A DNA stretch of 64,000 bases from the NCBI GenBank assembly GCA_944324175.1, contig CALUVH010000010.1, forward strand, positions 2,166 through 66,165. Reading direction: 5' to 3'. Numbering within the stretch: position 1 is the first letter of the stretch; every line of letters starts with the position of its first letter. The position numbers and the translations under genes were made by a program. The notes under the pieces are model-generated. The model saw nothing but the letters and a program-made list of their open reading frames with translations. It did not search any database and was not told where the DNA came from. Positions 57,519 through 64,000 of the stretch are shown here, one piece after another. This DNA is from Candidatus Gastranaerophilales bacterium (lineage in GTDB: Bacteria > Cyanobacteriota > Vampirovibrionia > Gastranaerophilales > Gastranaerophilaceae).

Positions 57519-58009
57519 TTGCTCAAAATTGATAACATATATTGAGGTAACAGTTTAAATGTACAACCGGACTTAACTTCGGATTGCAATTTAATTTTAG
57601 CCTCATAAGCAGTCCAGTATCTATAAAAAAGCTCCTCACTGACATCACTAACCTTTAAATTAATATGAGCCAAAATTTCCTTTAATTTGCGCTTTTTCAT
57701 CAACTCAACATCAACACCAATAGGATTTTTATCAAATCCTACAAGCACCACATCTTGGCTATGAGAAATACTAAAATGTAAATCACTTTCTACAAAATAA
57801 GGCTTACTATTTTTTATTTCTATCTCAGAATTTTCTATCCCGTAAAACTCTCTAGCTATAGTTTTAACAAGAAATCTACCAAACGCGTATTCTATAAGTC
57901 TTTTCTCAGACTTATATTTTGGATTACCATATAACAAGATAAAATTTGCCAATTCATCTTTTTTTAAGGTGTCCAAAAAATTACTTAACTTTAAATAAAA
58001 TATGTCCAT
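57326..58009 (-). CDS. Sfp-type 4'-phosphopantetheinyl transferase
   Basis: FSISHSQDVVLV, GVDVE and YWTAYEAKIK motifs. The last 64 or so codons run antisense to the 3' end of the MMPL gene. Confidence 0.75.
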   Translation of the reverse strand: MDIFYLKLSNFLDTLKKDELANFILLYGNPKYKSEKRLIEYAFGRFLVKTIAREFYGIENSEIEIKNSKPYFVESDLHFSISHSQDVVLVGFDKNPIGVDVELMKKRKLKEILAHINLKVSDVSEELFYRYWTAYEAKIKLQSEVKSGCTFKLLPQYMLSILSNQDFEISKILRIYELKSPMASTSPSELINSKLVKASIENENTVVIQEINTASLEFFEPLNLNIA

Positions 58010-58023
58010 GTTATAATACTAAC

Positions 58024-59103
58024 ATGGTTGAAGTAAAATCTGCAAAAATTAAATACAGACGCGGTAACAAAAAGAAATATTCAAAAGTCGAAGCTTTGAA
58101 TAACGCACAAAAACTTGCATTTGCTCCATTTACCTTCCAAGCAATAGCGGCAATGATAGATTTTGGTATCCTTGAATTGCTTTTGAAAAATGAAGTGACT
58201 GTATCTGAAATAATGGCAAAATGCGACGTAAGCGAATATACTGCAAATACTCTGTTACAAGTAGCTTTTTGCGCAGAAATTGTAGAAAAAAGCACTACTG
58301 AAAAATATTCACTAACTCCTCTTGGTGAATGTTTTTTAACAGATGAGATGACTGTAAACAATTTTAATTTTATGCGTGATGTATGCTATCTGGGAGCAAA
58401 TGAACTGAAAGAGTCGTTTAAACAAGGTACCCCTTGTGGATTACAAAAATACTTTATCGATGCACCGACCATATATCCACATGTGCCGAATTTACCAGAA
58501 AAAGCCAGAAAAAGCTGGTACAATTTTGATCATTATTACTCTGATGATTGCTTTGATGAAGTATTAAAAATCATCTTTACACACAACCCTAATGAAATTT
58601 TCGACATTGGAGGTAATACAGGTAAATTTGAAAAAGCTTGCCTTGCGTTTAACAAAACTTGCAAAGTGAATATTATTGACTTACCTATCAACAAAGCCAT
58701 TGCTGAAAAAAATGTCAATTCTGAAAGAATGACCTATCATTGCGTTGACTTACTTTCAAATGATAAATTACCAAACTTAAGGGATGTCATATTCATGAGT
58801 CAGTTTTTGGATTGTTTTTCAAAAGAGCAAGTAACTTTGATACTTGAAAAAATCAAAAAATTTGCGCAAAAAGGTACAAGAATATACATACTGGAACCGA
58901 TAATTGATAATCAGGAATTCAAGGGAGCATCATTTGCTATCGCTCATATTTCTCTTTATTTCACCTGCATGGCAAACGGGAACAGCAAAATGTATACTGA
59001 AAAAGAGCTCACCTCAATGGTAGAAGCTGCAGGGATTAAAATAATAAATAAATACACAAACATAGGTATTCACTGCTATACCATGCTGGAGTGCATTGTA
59101 TAA
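58024..59103 (+). CDS. class I SAM-dependent (O-)methyltransferase with N-terminal winged-helix dimerisation domain (ApeB-like)
   Basis: The N-terminal AFAPFTFQAIAAMIDFGILELL is typical of the plant/bacterial OMT fold, and SAM motif I is FDIGGNTGKF. The ATG lies 14 nt from the divergent PPTase ATG. Confidence 0.75.
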   Translation: MVEVKSAKIKYRRGNKKKYSKVEALNNAQKLAFAPFTFQAIAAMIDFGILELLLKNEVTVSEIMAKCDVSEYTANTLLQVAFCAEIVEKSTTEKYSLTPLGECFLTDEMTVNNFNFMRDVCYLGANELKESFKQGTPCGLQKYFIDAPTIYPHVPNLPEKARKSWYNFDHYYSDDCFDEVLKIIFTHNPNEIFDIGGNTGKFEKACLAFNKTCKVNIIDLPINKAIAEKNVNSERMTYHCVDLLSNDKLPNLRDVIFMSQFLDCFSKEQVTLILEKIKKFAQKGTRIYILEPIIDNQEFKGASFAIAHISLYFTCMANGNSKMYTEKELTSMVEAAGIKIINKYTNIGIHCYTMLECIV

Positions 59104-60002
59104 TGAAAACTTGGTATCAGGTGAAAGAACAAGCCGCAGGCGAAAAAAGATTGATGCTTATGTGGTGCATATACAAGCTTTTAGGCAAAAAGGCGGTAAA
59201 TTTTATTGCGTTTTTTGTAACCCTTAGTGCATTCATTTTCGCAAAAGAAGTGCGCGGATACTCAAAAAAATACTTAACGGTAATATCAAAATATACACCC
59301 CTGAAACCATCATTAATAAATCAGTTCAAACACTTCTTATCATACGCTCATGTACTAACCGATAAAATAGAAATTTTCTCCAACAATTTTGACAAAAGTA
59401 AAATAATATATAATTCACAAGCGGAAAAAGAAAAATTGTATTCTGACATAGATGCACAAAACGGTGTATTTTTCTTGTGTTCACACATCGGTAATACAGA
59501 AGTAATGCGAACATTTTTAGTTGATAACAGCATATATCCAAATTTAAGAGTAAATGCATTCATGAGCAAAAATCAATGCAAAATATTTAACAATTTCATA
59601 AAAAAAATAGCAAAAGAAATTCCCCTCACCCCCTTTCCAGTAGAAGATATTGGAATTGATACTTCAATCATAATTAAAGAAAATTTAGAAAAAGGTCAGA
59701 TGGTATTTATTGCAGGAGATAGAGTAGCCGAAAATTCAAAATCTGCAACATTTACAACTAAACTTTTCGGGGAAACAGTTGAATTTCCAACGGGGAGTTT
59801 TAAATTAGCACAGCTGATGGAGGTCCCTATCTACTTTATCGCAGCCTTGAAAGCTGAAAATGACACATACAAAATTTATCTGGAAAATCATAATTTCACA
59901 ACATTACCAAATTTAGAAACAGCATATGTAAAATTTTTAGAAAAAATAACACTAATAAGCCCTTTCCAATTTTACCACTTTTACGATTTATTTCAGGATT
60001 AA
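59103..60002 (+). CDS. LpxL/HtrB-family (lipid A late acyltransferase-like) acyltransferase
   Basis: An N-terminal TM helix and CSHIGNTEV (the HxxxxE/D motif of Lip_A_acyltrans proteins). The start overlaps the previous stop (TAATG). Confidence 0.65.
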   Translation: MKTWYQVKEQAAGEKRLMLMWCIYKLLGKKAVNFIAFFVTLSAFIFAKEVRGYSKKYLTVISKYTPLKPSLINQFKHFLSYAHVLTDKIEIFSNNFDKSKIIYNSQAEKEKLYSDIDAQNGVFFLCSHIGNTEVMRTFLVDNSIYPNLRVNAFMSKNQCKIFNNFIKKIAKEIPLTPFPVEDIGIDTSIIIKENLEKGQMVFIAGDRVAENSKSATFTTKLFGETVEFPTGSFKLAQLMEVPIYFIAALKAENDTYKIYLENHNFTTLPNLETAYVKFLEKITLISPFQFYHFYDLFQD

Positions 60003-60041
60003 TGCCCCTATTATTAATAATCGCAGTGTTTTAACAAAAAA

Positions 60042-60073
60042 GTAAATTACGAGTATGGTAGCTCGTAATTTAC
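60042..60073. other. perfect 12-bp hairpin after the lipid cluster
   Basis: GTAAATTACGAG-N8-CTCGTAATTTAC. An A-run lies upstream but there is no T-run downstream on the plus strand. Confidence 0.5.
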
Positions 60074-60242
60074 AGAATTAACCGATTGGTTAATTTAAAT
60101 ATAGCGAATTAAGGTTTATTTATAAAATTATTATACGTCGTAAAACTTCTTTTACTAGTCTTTGTAAAGTTTTATATCAACTTTTTGCTACGTTATTTAT
60201 AAACAATATAGACGTTATACTAGACAGAAAGTAGGTAATAGT

Positions 60243-60893
60243 ATGATAAATATAGCAAAAGCACTTGGTATAAATATCAAAAAGTATAGAAAAGCACGGG
60301 GACTAAGTCAAGAACAACTTAGCGAAATGGTTGGTATACAACCAAGACAAATGTCAAAATTAGAAACAGGAGTTCATTTCCCTTCTGCAAGAACATTGGA
60401 AAGTATTTGCGTATCTCTTGATATTTCCCCAAAAGAATTATTCACATTTGACTTTGATTTTTCTGAGGAAGTTTGCCTGGCTGATGGCACCTTTAATATA
60501 TCAAATTATCGGGTGCTAAAATCAGAAAATGTTTATCATTTACTAAATAAAGAAAACAAATCTCGCAATACCTACACTCAAAATAACGAAAAACAAATCG
60601 AACAACAATTTATAGACATGGCAATACGAACGAAAGAAACAATTTCAGTTGAGTACTTTGAAAATAATCAATATACCAACACCATAATATACTATCCCGA
60701 CGGTTCGTACAAGATATTTGACAATAACTCAGATAATAAGAAATTAAACCGCATTTTAAAAGACATCGTCAAAATTTCCAACAACAAAGAAAAGCTGGAA
60801 TTCATAGATTTGGCATTATCTGCTTTCGAAGATCCTGATGTTATACCCGAATTAGAATTAATTCTAAAAGGTCTTAAATTAGCACAAAGGTAA
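60243..60893 (+). CDS. XRE-family HTH domain protein with uncharacterised C-terminal domain
   Basis: The N-terminal IKKYRKARGLSQEQLSEMVGIQPRQMSKLETGVHFPSARTLESICVSLDISPKELF is a canonical HTH_3. The remaining 140 aa have no motif. Confidence 0.7.
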   Translation: MINIAKALGINIKKYRKARGLSQEQLSEMVGIQPRQMSKLETGVHFPSARTLESICVSLDISPKELFTFDFDFSEEVCLADGTFNISNYRVLKSENVYHLLNKENKSRNTYTQNNEKQIEQQFIDMAIRTKETISVEYFENNQYTNTIIYYPDGSYKIFDNNSDNKKLNRILKDIVKISNNKEKLEFIDLALSAFEDPDVIPELELILKGLKLAQR

Positions 60894-61017
60894 ATTTTTC
60901 TTAAATATTTAGCAAAATATATCCTGTTGATGATTTAATTATGTTGGAGATTGCTCTATAATCATATTATTTTAGATGCAATAAACAATAATTATTAGGG
61001 AAAAAACAGATAAAAAC

Positions 61018-61710
61018 ATGTACATCCAGACGATAAGTAATTCATATCAACCTAAAACAGACGTATTTAATACGTTTAAAAATGAACCCAAAATCAGGAA
61101 TGGATATCGAACGAGAACTTATCGTAATCATAACTACGAAAAAGCGGAAAATAAAGTTAAGCTTTCTGCAGCAATTGGAGGTATTTTAGGAGCATTAATT
61201 CCGGCTATGATTTTTGCGAAAAAACAAAATACCAACATCTTCAAATTGGAATACGGAATAAAAGAAATGCTTACAGTAAGCTCAGGAGGGATACTGGGAG
61301 GTACTGTAGCGGGTATAATAGCCGACAAAAAACAGCATACAAAACATAAAGTTAAGGAAGGTGTATTTCAATTTTTGAACGCCACAGTTCCACTTGCAAC
61401 AATTCCGCTTATAAATAATTTTGTGGAGAATTCCCCCAAATTGAATAACATTCCATGTAAAATAGCAGGAACAGCAGCCGGACTATTGGGAGGCATGGTA
61501 ATAGCAGCGGATTTATCAAACCGAATAATTGACCCAAAAGACAAAGAACCAGACAGAAAGCTCAATTACAAAGATGCCATGGCCAATGTAGACGATGCAC
61601 TGGGAGCCTTAGTACTTGCAAAACTACCATTAGTAAATCATTTACCTATAGAAACCGCACTACCTGCAATATATGCTTGGTGCGGATATCGTGCAGGACA
61701 AAACAATTAA
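61018..61710 (+). CDS. hypothetical integral membrane protein with Gly-zipper-like helices
   Basis: Four hydrophobic segments, for example AAIGGILGALIPAMIF and SSGGILGGTVAGIIA. No family recognised. Confidence 0.5.
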   Translation: MYIQTISNSYQPKTDVFNTFKNEPKIRNGYRTRTYRNHNYEKAENKVKLSAAIGGILGALIPAMIFAKKQNTNIFKLEYGIKEMLTVSSGGILGGTVAGIIADKKQHTKHKVKEGVFQFLNATVPLATIPLINNFVENSPKLNNIPCKIAGTAAGLLGGMVIAADLSNRIIDPKDKEPDRKLNYKDAMANVDDALGALVLAKLPLVNHLPIETALPAIYAWCGYRAGQNN

Positions 61711-61734
61711 AAAATAAGAGAGGTAATACCTCCC

Positions 61735-62028
61735 TTATTCTATACCTTTAATTTTGATTTCGCCATTTTCCTCAACAAACTCCTTAGGCTTTGAATAGCT
61801 TTTAATCACTTTCCTATCATTAATACGTTTTACGTACTCTTCATCTTCCTGTATCTTTTTTTGTTTTTGTTCCTGAAAGTCTTTATTAGTATCGAGTTCT
61901 TGGAAGCGGAATTGTTGCTCTCGTAAAATTGTCATATTATGATCATTCGCAGAAGGTGAGTAAAATGCATTAGCAGGTAATGATAAACAAATTCCGCCAA
62001 TAAAAGTCAGCATTAAAATCTTTTTCAT
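61735..62028 (-). CDS. small secreted hypothetical protein
   Basis: The start is at the ATG preceded by AAGGAG. Signal peptide MKKILMLTFIGGICLSLPANA. Confidence 0.45.
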   Translation of the reverse strand: MKKILMLTFIGGICLSLPANAFYSPSANDHNMTILREQQFRFQELDTNKDFQEQKQKKIQEDEEYVKRINDRKVIKSYSKPKEFVEENGEIKIKGIE

Positions 62029-62044
62029 AATATTACAACTCCTT

Positions 62045-62770
62045 TTATCTAATCCTAAAGGTAACATTGGCAACTGCTGTAACCTTTTTTTCTATGGTAG
62101 AGGTATCATTTATCCCCATATCTGATACGCTAGTGGAATCAACAGGGGTAATTTGAAATACACCCATTTTAACAGACTGGATGCTACCTGTTTTATTATG
62201 AGTAGCACTCAACATAGCTGAAGCACGCTCCTTTGCATCGGTTGTGGCATCTTGCAATAGTTTAACCTTTAAATCAGACAATTTCGAATAGTAATATTGA
62301 GGCTCCATAGGATTTATCTCAATACCTTTAGAGATAAGATTTTGAATATCCACAGAAATTTTCTTTACTTTTTGCACGTCATTTGATTTCAGAATAATCG
62401 GCTGACTAAGGTTATAATAAGCAATTTCGTTTGTCATAGTACCGTTAGCATTATATTTGTATGAATTATAACCACTGGAAGCCTTTAGCTCAATATCAGA
62501 ATCTTCAAATCCATAACTTTTTACAAAAGCAACAACTTCAGGTATCTGCTTTTGAATAATCTGATAAGCTTGAGCACGGTCTGATTTTCTTGTGGCGATA
62601 TTAAATTCAAATCTTGCAGAATCTGACTGGACTATTTCATAAGCAGATCCAGTAACAGAAATACCATCTCTTTGAAGATTGTACGTAGCTGATTTAACAG
62701 CGACAACAAGCCCTAAAGCAAGTATAATTCCCATACCAAGCAATTGCATTTTTTCAATTTTCTCAAACAT
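62045..62770 (-). CDS. SIMPL-domain (DUF541) periplasmic protein
   Basis: An N-terminal TM/signal segment, then ISVTGSAYEIVQSDSARFEFNI... and a C-terminal ...TAVANVTFRI, the SIMPL pattern. SD AAGGAG precedes the ATG at 62770. Confidence 0.7.
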   Translation of the reverse strand: MFEKIEKMQLLGMGIILALGLVVAVKSATYNLQRDGISVTGSAYEIVQSDSARFEFNIATRKSDRAQAYQIIQKQIPEVVAFVKSYGFEDSDIELKASSGYNSYKYNANGTMTNEIAYYNLSQPIILKSNDVQKVKKISVDIQNLISKGIEINPMEPQYYYSKLSDLKVKLLQDATTDAKERASAMLSATHNKTGSIQSVKMGVFQITPVDSTSVSDMGINDTSTIEKKVTAVANVTFRIR

Positions 62771-62909
62771 ATCTAAACTCCTTATCACTGATTATTTGAT
62801 TATAACACATTTACAAACTTTTTCAATAACCATGTAAAAAAAAAATAAAGAATTGAAATATTCAACCTAAAATGTGCTATAATTCGCAAGTAAGACAGAA
62901 AAAAGATAA

Positions 62910-64000
<1,091 letters not shown>

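Overview
AT-rich (about one-third G+C by eye) chromosomal segment from a diderm, flagellated, fermentative bacterium. The lineage cannot be fixed from sequence alone. The A-FTLAEVLITL pilin leaders, the loosely packed ribosomal cluster and the gene content suggest an uncultured gut-type lineage such as Melainabacteria, but that is a guess. Left to right: gcvPA (5' cut), tRNA-Val with a 121-bp tandem repeat built from tRNA 5' fragments, a TPM-domain and nucleotidyltransferase pair, tRNA-Cys, an XRE regulator divergent from a pilin-like gene, and adhE. Next is a flagellar block (fliE, fliF, an atypical protein in the fliG position, fliH, flhA, then yidD), a second pilin-like gene, dCMP deaminase and a stand-alone AICAR-transformylase half of purH. 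An orphan operon at 17.2-20.9 kb has no recognisable family and is my best candidate for something undescribed. Then come rpsA, valS and an S10-spc ribosomal protein cluster (rpsJ to rplR). That cluster has unusually long, partly structured spacers, internal terminators and a 1-kb island of decayed genes between rpsN and rpsH. After it are LPS-type glycosyltransferases, galE, bioF-bioG-bioC, a third pilin-like gene, a TolC-family protein, a DnaQ-like exonuclease, a 13-kb aryl-polyene-type (type II FAS-like) lipid cluster with LolA-like and MMPL-like export genes, small envelope proteins and gdhA (3' cut). I saw no CRISPR array, transposase or integrase.
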